Positions 13,013 through 24,870 of a stretch of DNA of 50,811 bases are shown here, piece after piece. A program made the translations under genes and the position numbers. The notes beneath the pieces were generated by a model, which worked only from the letters and a program-made list of their open reading frames with translations, did no database searches and had not been told where the DNA came from. Where the stretch lies: positions 115,180,794 through 115,231,604 of the forward strand of contig NC_068983.1 in assembly GCF_001194135.2 (NCBI RefSeq), given 5' to 3'. This stretch comes from Octopus bimaculoides. Taxonomy: Eukaryota. Positions within the stretch are counted from its first letter, which is position 1; the number at the start of each line of letters is the position of its first letter.

Positions 13013-14285
13013 GTATTAAATAATGAAAATGAAATTTTATGATTATTTTCTTGTAAAGAACTACAAATTGAAAAACTTGTTTTGAAGAGATAAATTATAC
13101 AATAAAATATCACAGATCTGAGAACTGCTGTGGAAAGAGGCTTTCCAACAACTTTGGGCACCTTTTTGAATTGCATGTCAAACACTAGTGGACAGACTTA
13201 CAGAATCAAAAAAACAACGCAGCACGCGTAACTTTCGGAAACATTTTTCACGGACTGAATTATTGAAGCATGAGATAAAGTACCCTCATCAGTCGTTAAC
13301 TGTCGAGACACTACAACCTTCAAAACTACTATGCTTCGAGAAATCCGTCAGCAGTATACCTGATGGCTTTTTTTTCTTCTTAGTTGTAGCGCACCTGAGC
13401 ACTGTATACAACAATTTCTTTCATATTACTGAGAAAGTTAAAGTTTAACGATGCCTTGCAAAGTAATAATAGTCAATAATTTTAGATATTTTGTTGTATA
13501 TTGTGTGAAGCGATATTGAATATTATTTAGGGTAGTGAAAGATAAAAGACGGAATATATATTTGATGTTGTCATTTAATGAAATAAATTGATTAAGATAT
13601 AAGTGTAACTTAAGGATGATCGTTATGGTTAAGGAAATATTTCGTTCTGTCAAAAAGGATATAGAAAATGCACACATTTGTATGTCATGGTAAGAAAACT
13701 GTTAATACTGTTTAAACAAATGTGAAAATCTAAAAAAAAAAACAGCTTCAAGGAAATTGTAGAATATTATTCAATAAAGTAGAGAAAAGAATGTATGTGA
13801 CTATACACTAAAGTTAAGAAGTAAAATATAGAATATAAAATATAATGCAAAACATGAAATAAAAGAATGAATTTATAATAAGAAAAAAATTGTTAGACGA
13901 CTAGACTGTGATGGTGTTTACTAAAAGCTGGTATGCGAATATTCTTGCTGCTCTGTACGTGTGTGGATAGATTAAGGTTTTACAATGTCTTGATAAGTTA
14001 ACTATTCTACGGGGCTAAGATATATTAGTTTTAAATGGCGATTGAGGAGAGGCATATTCTGTAATAGGATATGTGTATCTATATATGTTTGCATGTATAT
14101 GCACATGTGCATATGTATGTATACACAAACACACAGACACACGTATTACAAGCAAAAAACGGAGTACAGATATCACCTTCATTCCTCGCCAACTGACACC
14201 ACGCGTTGTGTCTATCCACCAGTTCACCATTTATTTGTAGTGGAACATCCCACTTCTCTCAATCGGGGTATCCTCTACAACAATG

Positions 14286-14404
<119 letters not shown>

Positions 14405-15029
14405 AATTAAATAGATTCAATTGACAATCCAATATTTATATTATGATATAATATACTATGAATATAATATAAGGTAACATAAAAAATCATTATAAAACCA
14501 AAATAGCCAACAAATTGTCTCGACTTATATACATTATTTGATTAATAAACAATTCATATTCATTTATATATAAGTCACTTCAGAGCTTTGGTCTACTGAC
14601 AGAAGAAATTCCACGTGAAAAGACGACTGGATTATAAAAATAATAATTCAAATGCCCGTGTTTATGAGCATGAGCATTAAATTTTCAACTACATAACAAT
14701 TACAATAAAAAAAAAATTATAAAGGACAAAATAATTAAGTAAATAGAATCTACATCTATCGAAATATATTTCTATATATCTGAAATAATATTAATCCAAA
14801 TTCATTTAGGTCGAAAGCAATCTTTGGCTATTATAATAACATAAAACAACAATATATTAGTGTATAAATTAAGTATCAGGGTCTTACTTAATTTAGAGAC
14901 TGTAATAAAACATTTAAAGAAATATAAATAATAATATATTATTATATTGGTAATATATAATTCTTCTCTTTTATCTAAAGTTATTGATAAAAAAAATTGT
15001 TTAAAGTAACTAAGGAAAAACGTTTTTTA

Positions 15030-15151
15030 TTTACTTAGTTTATCGGAGGGATAATTCCATAATAAATATGAAGGGAAACTTAACAAACAAAGTTTTGTGT
15101 TTACTTGGTTTATCGGAGGGAAAATCCGTTATAAATATGAAGAGAAACTTA
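15030..15151. repeat. Imperfect tandem duplication, period about 70 bp
   Basis: tttactt(a/g)gtttatcggaggg...ataaatatgaag(g/a)gaaactta starts at 15030 and again at 15100. Confidence 0.85.
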
Positions 15152-15234
15152 GAGCTACAATAACTACAACTTATATTACCATATTACCCATTGAATGTCT
15201 CTATTTAATTTATTGTTTGTAATTTGCATTATGT

Positions 15235-15426
15235 GGAGGGGCAATGGCCCAGCGGTTAGGGCGACCCCTGTTGTACTCTTTCGCCCCAACTTTCTCTCAC
15301 TCTTTCTTCCTGTTTCTTGAGTAAAGCTGCGATGGACTGGCGTCTCGTCCAGCTGGGGGGGGGGACACATACGCTATAGAAACCGGGAAACTGGGCCCAT
15401 GAGCCTGGCTAGGCTTTGAAAGGGCA
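15235..15426 (+). mobile_element. tRNA-derived SINE, internally deleted (head shared with family D)
   Basis: Head ggaggggcaatggcccagcggttagggc (A-box-like TGGCCCAGCGG) matches the head of 17101-17480; tail ...gaaaccgggaaactgggccc resembles the tail of 37123-37342. Confidence 0.7.
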
Positions 15427-15922
15427 ACGAAGAATTTGCATTGTACCCCTATCTATGTGGTATTCAACTGACATAGCAGTGAATTGGATGTTTTACACAC
15501 CCCTTTGAAGGAATTCCTTTCCTTGGTTTGTTACTTTATATATGCGTGTGTATGTGTGTGTGCGCGTTTGTGTGTGTGTGTGTGAGAGACAGAGAGTATG
15601 TGTATGTGTGTGTGTGTATTTGAAAAAAGAAAAAGAATGATTTCACTGGTAGTTTTAATCAGTTTAATTTGTTCTTTTTTAATTTTTTAATAATATAAAT
15701 AATATAAATTTTAGTTAATAGATATAGTAAGTTCTTTGTTAAATTGGGTGTGAAGAATTTTTTAAAAGAAATTTTCTTCTTAACTTCTTTGGAGAACTTT
15801 CTCGCATTCGTTGTCAAACAGATCTGAGATTTAAGGCCTTGTGATTCTATATATGGGATTTGGGTGTTTGTATGTATGTATGTATGTATGTATGTATGTA
15901 TGTATGTATTTATGTATGTATA

Positions 15923-16051
15923 TTCAATTGTCACTAATTGTGACTGAGGTTGCAGAGTACATTGCTAGAAATAAGAGTTAAAAACCTTTAGAACCTTTCT
16001 AGCAATGCACATGCCACTCTGCCCCGTCAGTCACAATTAGTGACAGTTGAA
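15923..16051. mobile_element. Fold-back / MITE-like element with about 50-bp inverted arms
   Basis: Left arm 15923-15971, right arm 15996-16051. Outer 25 bp match 24/25, inner 12 bp (cattgctagaaa) match perfectly, 24-nt spacer. Confidence 0.75.
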
Positions 16052-16122
16052 ATTTTCCTTTCTGGTTTTATATTGCGCATAGCCGCTTTTGTTATATATG
16101 CATATATATATATTGTTATATT

Positions 16123-16318
16123 TTTATTTGTTTCAGTCATTTGACTTCGGCCATGCTGGAGCACTGCCTTTAGTCGACCAAATCGACCCCTTATTCTTTG
16201 TAAGCCTAGTACTTGTTCTATCGTTCTCTTTTGCCTAACCGCTAAGTTACAGGGACGTGAACACTGAAACATTTGGTTGGTAAGCAAGCTACTTACCACA
16301 CAGCCACTCCTGTGCCTA
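16123..16318 (-). mobile_element. SINE family A copy with large internal deletion
   Basis: Head fragment 16282-16318 (reverse complement taggcacaggagtggctgtgtggtaagtagcttgctt) is joined directly to tail 16123-16280 (cagtcatttgact.cggccatgctggagcac...). Confidence 0.8.
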
Positions 16319-16336
16319 CACACACACACACACAAC

Positions 16337-16569
16337 GGCGGCGAGCTGGCAGAAACGTTAGCACGCCGGGCGAAATGCTTAGCGGTATTTCGTCTGCCAC
16401 TACGTTCTGAGTTCAAATTCCGCCGAGGTCGACTTTGCCTTTCATCCTTTCGGGGTCGATTAAATAAGTACCAGTTACGCACTGGGGTCGATATAATCGA
16501 CTTAATCCGTGTTTGTCTGTCCTTGTTTGTCCCCTCTGTGTGTAGCCCCTTGTGGGTAGTAAAGAAATA
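16337..16569 (+). mobile_element. tRNA-derived SINE family B, well preserved
   Basis: ggcggcgagctggcagaaacgttagc (A-box-like) ... gagttcaaattcc (B-box-like) ... gtcgactttgcctttcatcctttcggggtcg; multiple copies in this window. Confidence 0.9.
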
Positions 16570-16614
<45 letters not shown>

Positions 16615-17100
16615 GAGAGAGAGAGAGAGAAATGGGGTGGGAGGGAGAGAGAGAGGCATAAAAAATAATTTTCATTCCTTTAAAATTAAGTAGGTCTTTT
16701 TAATATGGATTGTACTGTCCATAAATGTTTATTAGTTATTTAATCATGCCATCAACAAGATACTATATGCAAACTTGTCTAACGGTTACATGTGTGTTCT
16801 CTTCTATGTTTTATTTGCTGGTTTTCGTCACTGACAGAAAAGCGAAGGAGTACTTGTCCTGTGATCAATGGTCAATGAATTATTAAAACCTGTCCGAACA
16901 ATCCCCTTTCTATTTCTGTGTACGAGAAGAATAACAGTATGTATTTACACGTGTTTATTTTTCCACATCGAAAAAGACTTAAAAACTGAAGTGAATTTAA
17001 CCGCATTAATTTATTTTAGCTTTATAATACACGCTGTGTTGGGGATAAATGTTACATGTGCATCTGTGTGTATGTGTACATGGATGCATGTACTACGTAT

Positions 17101-17480
17101 GTTGTTGTTGTTGTTGTTGGCACTCCGTCGCTTACGACGTCGAGGGTTCCAGTTGATCCGATCAACGGAACAGCCTGCTCGTGAAATTAACGTGCATGTG
17201 GCTGAGTATTCCACAAACACGTGTACCCTTAACGTAGTTCTCGGGGGTATTCAGCGTGACACAGTGTGACAAGGCTGGCCCTTTGAAATACAGGCACAAC
17301 AGAAACAGGAAGCAAGAGTGAAAGTTGTGGTGAAAGAGTACAGCAGGGTTCGCCACCATCTCCTGCCGAAGCCTCGTGGAGCTTTAGGCGTTTTCGCTCA
17401 ATAAACACTCACAACGATCCTATAAACGCGATCCTATAAACGCGAGTCCGCTGCCCTAACCACTGGGCCAGTGCGCCTCC
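17101..17480 (-). mobile_element. tRNA-derived SINE family D with (AAC)n tail
   Basis: Minus-strand head ggaggcgcactggcccagtggttagggcagcggactcgcg. The expected B-box region is replaced by a 13-nt tandem duplication (cgatcctataaac x2 on +). The 3' end ...gacggagtgcc(aac)n is a short-repeat tail typical of RTE-mobilised SINEs. Confidence 0.85.
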
Positions 17481-17648
17481 ACATTACGTATGTATATAAT
17501 ACATATTCGACAAACTGAGGATCTTGTAATTGTCTTAAGGATGTTTTCGATTCAGTATAAAAATGGCACATGTCAGAACTGAACATTATATATGGTACAG
17601 ATAAGCACTTATGTGCAGCTCCACCAAACAACCGGCTTAAATATTGAT

Positions 17649-17843
17649 TTCGAAATTTTGGTACTCGGCCAGCAATTTCGTAGGAGGGGATAAGGCGATT
17701 ACATCGACTTCGGTGTTCAATTGGTTATTATTTTATTGATTCCCAAAATGATGAATGGTAAAGTCGGCTTCAGAACGTAAAGACGGTCAAAATACCGCTG
17801 AGCATATTGCTCGGCATGATAACGGTTCTGCCAGCTCGCTACC
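17649..17843 (-). mobile_element. Degenerate SINE family B
   Basis: Reverse complement begins gtagcgagctggcagaaccgtt... and is collinear with 16337-16569. Confidence 0.75.
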
Positions 17844-18509
17844 TTAACCCTCTTAAATATTAATGTAACTGTAGAATAAACCCTGAATAAATATAGATTC
17901 AGACGTAGTTTTAATTTTAGTTATTTACCTACATGAGTTTGTGCTACTCAGACAAATGTTTATTTTCCTTTGTCTCTTTCGAAACGAAGTTCTGTTGTCT
18001 TATGTAGAAAACATAGAATGTCTCGTGTATACCATGACACAACTTTACATTTGCTACTGCAATAAATCTCAAAACAAGTGAGAATTTCATTGAATTTACT
18101 GCTGTTCAACAATGCTTTAGTTGCTATCGATTTCTGGAGAGGCTTTAAATTTGATTTGTCTTCCTCGATACTGTATGATTTCAATGGAGACGCGCACAAA
18201 ATAACTCAAAATTATCTGGAATGTTATATATAACCAAAATATGGTTATTTTTCACCATTATATAAATATTTCGAAGTGTGTCGGTCATTATATTTACATA
18301 AATCGATCAGATAAATAGCAATAAAAGTACGTTATATAGACAATATTTTTGAAAATTCATGTGCGAGTGCTTGATCGTCTGGTGTGTGCGTGTGTATACA
18401 AATGCATGCGCACATACGCACACACACATACGCACACACACATATACATTTATGCAACATGTTTTGTTCGTTACTTTGCGTGGCAGCACAGATTAAAACT
18501 GCATATATA

Positions 18510-18674
18510 GGCGCAGGAGTGGCTGTGTGGTAAGTAGCTTGCTTACCAACCACATGGTTCCGGGTTCAGTCCTACTACGTGGCACCTTGGGCTAGTGTCT
18601 TCTACTACAACTTCGGGCCGACCAAAGCCTTGTGAGTGGATTTGGTAGACGGAAACTGAAAGAAGCCCGTCGTA
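18510..18674 (+). mobile_element. SINE family A head/body followed by (TA)/(TG)-rich tract
   Basis: ggcgcaggagtggctgtgtggtaag (A-box-like) ... ggttcagtcc (B-box-like) ... gacggaaactgaaagaagcccgtcg. Confidence 0.92.
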
Positions 18675-18788
18675 TATATATATATATGTGTGGGGGGGAG
18701 TGTGGGGGGGTGTATGTATGTATGTATGTGTATATGTCTGTTTGTGTGTTTGTATGTATGTATATATATGTATACACACACACATATT

Positions 18789-19136
18789 CAGGGTGTGATG
18801 GGTAAATTGTCACCAATTTATTATTTTTTTTCACGCATGCACATTGTTTGTCTTTGATTTTGTCGACTACACGGTATAGTATGGTCAGCTGGTCACAGTC
18901 TGTGAGAAAAACATCATGTCGCAATTCACTCCGCCAGAAATTTGGAAACGAGATACTCTACCGCCTGGCATTCGGCCGGAAGCTCTAGTACGAAAATTTC
19001 AGTGTTTGGGTGTCAGTCTGAGGACAGTGCAATTTGAGAACATGTACTGAGAGTGATAAAAATCAATCACTCAATCAACATCATGGTGTTTTGAATGATC
19101 ACTAGTGATGGCGCCGTTATTCATCTTCCCACACGG
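18789..19136 (+). mobile_element. Internally deleted Tc1/mariner element (5' end plus two transposase pieces)
   Basis: TIR-like start cagggtgtgatgggtaaattgtcacc. ATG at 18916 gives MSQFTPPEIWKR...CLGVSLRTVQ (HTH-like), then jumps to RVIKINHSINIMVF*MITSDG / FIFPHG, the conserved MVW(G)xI(S/T)xxG block downstream of the first catalytic Asp. Confidence 0.75.
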
Positions 19137-19880
19137 TTTGGCCCACATAATTGTGACCACAACCAGAGAAGGTTAGGACATAGATAAGGCTCTGGGAAGC
19201 ACATGTGAAGTTGGTCTAAATTGAGAATTTTTGTCCTTGCTGGAATGTGAATACCGAGCCTTCAGGTAGGTATGGGCATGTACCACAATTAGGTCATCTG
19301 CATTTTTTTTAATGTTGGTATCTTTTGTATTGAGTATAGTTTTGCATTTGTTAGGAGTCTCTTGAGTGATTTGTCTTCTCTTTGCATTTTAGTAGTTTGC
19401 GTGTATTTAGTATGCTGTTCATTTTCGGGTCTTGAGTGAGCAGAGGGAGATTTTGTATAATTTGCATAATTGTATGCGTCATTGTTTCTGGGATTGTGGG
19501 TTGATATGTATGGGGGTGATTTAAGGTGAGGTGTGGTGTTTTGTTTTGTTGTACTTAGTATGTTTGTGTCCAATTTCTTGGCACATTTAATTCCATGTTC
19601 TATAAATGTAGGTATTGACGTTCAATGAATATCATTTTGAGTTCTTGTAGGCGAAGTTCCCGAGTGGTTGTGTCAGATACAATTGTACAGATCCTTTTTG
19701 CTAGATTGAATGGGGTATTTATTTTGGTGTGTTTAGGAGATAGTGTTTAGGAGATGGTGTTTTGAGTCTGTTGGTTTGTAGTAAATCTCAGTTGCAATTT
19801 GGTTGTTGGACTTTTTAAAAATCAAAATGTCCAGAAATGGGAGCTCTTCCTTATTATATTCCATTGTAAATTGGATGTTA
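19137..19880 (-). mobile_element. Penelope-like retroelement fragment (RT C-terminal part, linker, start of GIY-YIG endonuclease); pseudogenised
   Basis: Minus-strand translation with frameshifts: NIQFTMEYNKEELPFLDILI...EIYYKPTDSKHHL, PFNLAKRICTIVSD, KSLKRLLTNAK, PNCGTCPYL, and SLIYVLTFSGCGHNYVGQT (GIY-YIG motif IYV..C...YVGQT). This domain order is diagnostic of Penelope-like elements. Confidence 0.92.
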
Positions 19881-19927
19881 TATATATATATAAATGATAG
19901 AGATACACACAGATATAGATATACATA

Positions 19928-19928
<1 letters not shown>

Positions 19929-19968
<40 letters not shown>

Positions 19969-20068
19969 NNNNNNNNNNNNNNNNNNNNNNNNNNNNNNNN
20001 NNNNNNNNNNNNNNNNNNNNNNNNNNNNNNNNNNNNNNNNNNNNNNNNNNNNNNNNNNNNNNNNNNNN

Positions 20069-20107
<39 letters not shown>
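19929..20107. repeat. (TAT)n with a 100-N gap inside (19969-20068)
   Basis: Directly visible. Confidence 0.95.
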
Positions 20108-20759
20108 TGTTTTTGTTGATATTGTTCCTGAACAAATACACGAGAGCTCTCTGTACATTAGTTGTTTGTCTGTTAAGAGGTTTTTGATTAATTTTTGCTT
20201 GACACTTTTGTTGTTAATCAGGACTCCATCGAGCTAGTTAAATCCTTTATTAACCCTAAAGTGCAAAAATTAAGGAAAACATTCACTTCCGTATAAGAAT
20301 GACATTGACGATGATGTCGTCTTCGAGAGCTAGGAAACGAAAGGAAGAAGTGGGACATAATTTTGAAAGGGAAATTGAATTTGTTTCTCTTTCCCTTTCA
20401 CTCTGTCAATAACGAAATCATTTTTCTTCATATATCTCCCACAGCCCGAGCAAACACTAACATCACAAACGAGAATAACAATTTGTCAAATACCATTATC
20501 ACCACCACCACCACCAGCATTAGAGCAACAGAGAATGGCAAGAACAACTCTACTACTCTATTACTGCTACTGTATCCAACACCACTACCACACTCACTGA
20601 GACCATCGGGAGCAGCGGAAGCACCAACAATATTAAAGTCAATTCCTGTGCAGGAAATGCCACAAAGATGTCTCGGTTTGTATGGAAGACGAGCTTACAA
20701 ACGTAAGAAATGCTGAACAAATTGTTAAATTAGATGGAAAAGCGGAGGAATTCTTTACC

Positions 20760-21330
20760 AGCATCAGTCGGTCAAAACCGAGCTGTGGAAACGGCCACAC
20801 GTGTTAAAGTGGAAATATATTTGCGAGAGATATAAAAGGAGGTAGAATTCGTCATCAGACCCTGAAAATTTGGTGCCGTCGAAGTGAAAATCCTGAAAGA
20901 AGCCCTAGCATTAAAGCATTCCATTGTACTCTGCATAAATGAGAAATTTGTTCTCATCCCTACTTACCTACGCAGACAGATGGTGAGGATCAGGATATCT
21001 AATTTGTCACGAGAGTTGGTGTGTTTAGTGGGCTGTAGGTTGCATCACCCTACAGGAAATCTTTCAGATGAGTAAAAAAATAAACAGGAAAATTTATCCG
21101 GAATTAATCTCTAGGGATCCTATTAAAAGTAGAAGCAGAACACTTTGAAAAGATCCCGGTTTAATTCAACCGTAAATGGAGTAAAACTGCATTTCACTGC
21201 AGATGACAAAAAATCTCAAGTGCTGTCAACCACATGTGAGTTTTCTGCTTCAACAAAAGCCGATAGCAGGAAGGCTCCCCCGTTTTGCTTCCGACATCAC
21301 AAGTCCGAAAACAACATAACAGCAACTGCA
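20760..21330 (+). mobile_element. Heavily decayed LINE ORF1-like remnant (possibly L1/Tx1 clade)
   Basis: Stop-interrupted frames KFVLIPTYLRRQMVRIRISNL...GINL*GSLLKVEAEHFEKIPV / TVNGVKLHF resemble Tx1-type ORF1 and parallel the remnant at 25520-25830. Recognition by eye only. Confidence 0.3.
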
Positions 21331-21929
21331 AAGGTAATATCGGACATGCTATCAGGTGCTCGGCTTTCTACAGAAGGCTAGCAATGGGAAAACTGTCGAC
21401 GTTTTGGAGGAAATTCTGACCATCGATAAGAACGAACTAGCACTCTGTTCCCAAGGACTTTCACCCCAGTGACTATGAGCTATTTGTCCAAATCTCAGGC
21501 CAGGCCGTGTTACGGGGTGGGAGAATTCCCGGTTCGGGAGAAACTCTACACACATGGAAGTGTCGTCAACCCGACCTATCCGAGATACTCGCAGACAGAC
21601 GAAACAAGCAGTTTCCGAGCAATGCTGACTTGAGAAGTTTTGTCGAATAGTTACTTTCATGTATAGAACGGATCGTCTATCGGTCGAGTCCATCGTGAAG
21701 TTCTCCTCACCACCTTCCTTTGATCGGGAAGAGTAGATAGCACATCTCTATCTGGTGGATCGGACAAAAGATAGGTTTTAGAGCGGATGCATCTGAAAGG
21801 ACAGAAGATTAATTCTTCCTTCCTCGACTAACTCCTCATTGATCAATTCAATTTTCATCAAGAGGGGAAGGGGAGGGCGGAGAAGAAAACGCTTCCTTCG
21901 GTAAATTTATTGGAAGAAATTTTAAATCA

Positions 21930-21935
21930 TTATCA

Positions 21936-22021
<86 letters not shown>

Positions 22022-22026
22022 CATTG
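21930..22026. repeat. (TAT)n [(TAA)n on minus strand] followed by gap 22027-22443
   Basis: Directly visible. Confidence 0.95.
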
Positions 22027-22443
22027 NNNNNNNNNNNNNNNNNNNNNNNNNNNNNNNNNNNNNNNNNNNNNNNNNNNNNNNNNNNNNNNNNNNNNNNNNN
22101 NNNNNNNNNNNNNNNNNNNNNNNNNNNNNNNNNNNNNNNNNNNNNNNNNNNNNNNNNNNNNNNNNNNNNNNNNNNNNNNNNNNNNNNNNNNNNNNNNNNN
22201 NNNNNNNNNNNNNNNNNNNNNNNNNNNNNNNNNNNNNNNNNNNNNNNNNNNNNNNNNNNNNNNNNNNNNNNNNNNNNNNNNNNNNNNNNNNNNNNNNNNN
22301 NNNNNNNNNNNNNNNNNNNNNNNNNNNNNNNNNNNNNNNNNNNNNNNNNNNNNNNNNNNNNNNNNNNNNNNNNNNNNNNNNNNNNNNNNNNNNNNNNNNN
22401 NNNNNNNNNNNNNNNNNNNNNNNNNNNNNNNNNNNNNNNNNNN

Positions 22444-23223
22444 GTGTCACCACCGCTTGTAGTGGCTTTTGCCAAGTCTATTACAGATGCGGCACAGCGT
22501 AGAATTGCTCATTCCAAAGGTTGACCCTCCAGTTTGTGGCCAAAGCTTGGTCTTGCGCTGCTGGTATAGTGCTCTCGGTCTCTTTTTTTTTTTTTAGTGT
22601 TCCTTTCTTCAGCCATCCCCACCTATTTTTTCCAGCAACTTCTGTTGTGGATACATGGAATTGATTGTGTAGACCCTTGTTGGGTAATTCTGCTTCATGT
22701 CCTTTTGTATTTCTTCCTTTGTTTTTCCTTTTTTTCTTCTCTGCTTTCAATAATCCTTCATTCCTAACTGACACAAGCAAGGTTTCCTTATTTTGGGCTA
22801 TGTATCTCACTAAGCTCTCGAGTTGGATACGTACCCAATCTTCCACATTTATCAGTCCCTTTTTTCTATTTGCTCCCTTCATGTATAGGCGATCAGTGTC
22901 TGCACGTGGATGATGGATTCTATGCATCGTTAGGAGCGTTCTTGACTTCCTTTCCATCTCCTTTAGCTCCTCCTCCTCTTGTCACTTCATGATTCCAACG
23001 CCATACCGAACTACTGCGGCTGCACGCGAGTTTATTGCCGAAGTTATGTTTCTGGCATTCAGCTTTGAAGCCAGTATTTTTCTCCCTCGCCGCAGGTACT
23101 CTCTTTTTGTCTTTTCCTTAATGTCGTTGTGTTTAATTGCATCTGCCTCAAGTATTCCAAAGTATTTATAGCTGGATTGAGGATGAATTGCCTTCACCAT
23201 TTCACCACTTGGCAACCCTGTGC

Positions 23224-23224
<1 letters not shown>
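22444..23224 (-). mobile_element. R4/Dong-clade non-LTR retrotransposon, 5'-truncated copy (late RT, thumb, Zn-knuckle region); pseudogenised
   Basis: LPSGEMVKAIHPQSSYKYFGILEADAIKHNDIKEKTKREYLRRGRKILASKLNARNITSAINSRAAAVVRYGVG, then MERKSRTLLTMHRIHHPRADTDRLYM...GLINVED, KGLHNQF, WGWLKKGTLKK..ETESTIPAAQDQALATN, CRIC, LAKSHYKRW*H. These are canonical R4/Dong motifs (HPxxDxDRLY, LHGQF, ETES..AAQEQAL). Its 5' end abuts (TAA)n at 23225. Confidence 0.92.
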
Positions 23225-23297
<73 letters not shown>

Positions 23298-23301
<4 letters not shown>

Positions 23302-23759
23302 TAGTTTTGTTTTTATAACGTGCTTTCANNNNNNNNNNNNNNNNNNNNNNNNNNNNNNNNNNNNNNNNNNNNNNNNNNNNNNNNNNNNNNNNNNNNNNNN
23401 NNNNNNNNNNNNNNNNNNNNNNNNNNNNNNNNNNNNNNNNNNNNNNNNNNNNNNNNNNNNNNNNNNNNNNNNNNNNNNNNNNNNNNNNNNNNNNNNNNNN
23501 NNNNNNNNNNNNNNNNNNNNNNNNNNNNNNNNNNNNNNNNNNNNNNNNNNNNNGCAATTTTTTGTATGTTATATATATTTGTAAGTCCTGGTGTTTTTGT
23601 TATGTATTTGTCTGAATATTTTTTTTATTATACTTAAGGCACCTACTATGATAGGACTTGTTTCTGTTTTTAGATTCCACATTCGAGTTACCTCTATTTC
23701 CAGGTCTTTGTATTTTGAAAGTTTTTCCATTTCTTTTAGGGAAACGTTGTCATCTGCTG

Positions 23760-23760
<1 letters not shown>
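23298..23760 (-). mobile_element. R4/Dong-clade retrotransposon 3' end (restriction-like endonuclease C-terminus plus 3' UTR; gap 23329-23553 inside)
   Basis: PADDNVSLKEMEKLSKYKDLEIEVTRMWNLKTETSPIIVGALS / YSDKYITKTPGLTNIYNIQKIA, including the K..KY..L part of the RLE nuclease. After the gap ...gaaagcacgttataaaaacaaaactactg runs into (AAT)n. The 5' truncation abuts (AAT)n at 23761-23846. Confidence 0.9.
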
Positions 23761-23832
<72 letters not shown>

Positions 23833-23911
23833 CATTATTATTATTATGCTGAGCTGGATGTAATCGGATACACCCACCAGTAAAATTTCAGGCCTTGTAC
23901 CTATCGTAAAA

Positions 23912-24120
23912 GCAGTGAACTGGCAGAACCGTTAGCACTCCGGGTTAAATGCTTAGCAGCATTTCGTCCGTCTTTATGTTTTGAGTTCAAATTCCGCCGG
24001 AGCCGGCTTTGCCTTTCATCCTTTCGGGGTCGATAAATTAAGTAACAGTGAAACACTGGGGTCATTGAAATCGCCTAGTCCCTCCCCCAAAATCTCAGGC
24101 CTTTTGCCTATAGAAGAAAG
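23912..24120 (+). mobile_element. SINE family B
   Basis: gcagtgaactggcagaaccgttagc...gagttcaaattccgccg...gcctttcatcctttcggggtcgat, collinear with 16337-16569. Confidence 0.85.
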
Positions 24121-24135
24121 GATTATTATTATGAT

Positions 24136-24671
24136 TGAGTGAGAGAGCAGTGCATGCCATGAAAGTGACGCTGGGGTACAAATATACGAAGCCCAATATA
24201 CCAATCAAGACTACTTTCCTGATAAAGGTACAACAGTCTCACACATTAAAACCATACGTGCGCAACATAGTGATCTCATTTCAAGATAATCAGCGTATGA
24301 CCTTGCAATGTTTAGAATTTCCTTCAAGTCGAGAAGCTCATCCCACTCAAAAGGTCCCTGATTAAGGCTTATTTAAAGATGATAAACGAGATACCCATGT
24401 TTCGAGAGGTGAATTATTCAAATCTCAAAGAACTCTTCTCAACACATGGCTCTGATGTTCTCCCACTACTCCTGCTCGTGGTCAGAAATGCACATATCGT
24501 CAACCAGCAAGGCACACGTGTTCAACTGGTTAAGGTCAAACAACTGACAAGCACATTTGTGGCGTTGGGCAGAATGTTTGCTACAGCCCAATACAAAATA
24601 TATACATGATAACAGTTCCAATCAGTTAAGATCAAAAGCCATGAGAACCACTGTCTGGTATTGCATCAGGG

Positions 24672-24673
<2 letters not shown>
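24136..24673 (-). mobile_element. Non-coding interspersed element bounded by (TAA)n on both sides (candidate non-autonomous Dong/R4 derivative)
   Basis: Mixed-composition 540-bp segment without a long ORF. Minus-strand 5' end follows the array at 24674-24933; 3' end ...gcactgctctctcactcaatcataataataat. Family assignment is inference. Confidence 0.5.
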
Positions 24674-24738
<65 letters not shown>

Positions 24739-24783
24739 TACTATTACTACTACTACTATTACTACTACTACTACTACTACTAT

Positions 24784-24827
<44 letters not shown>

Positions 24828-24870
24828 TTATTATTATTATTATTATTATCATCATCATCATCATTATTAT

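Noticed and set aside
13116-13230. Possible exon DLRTAVERGFPTTLGTFLNCMSNTSGQTYR (+), or its open antisense frame
   Set aside because: Strand ambiguous, weak donors, no recognisable homology.
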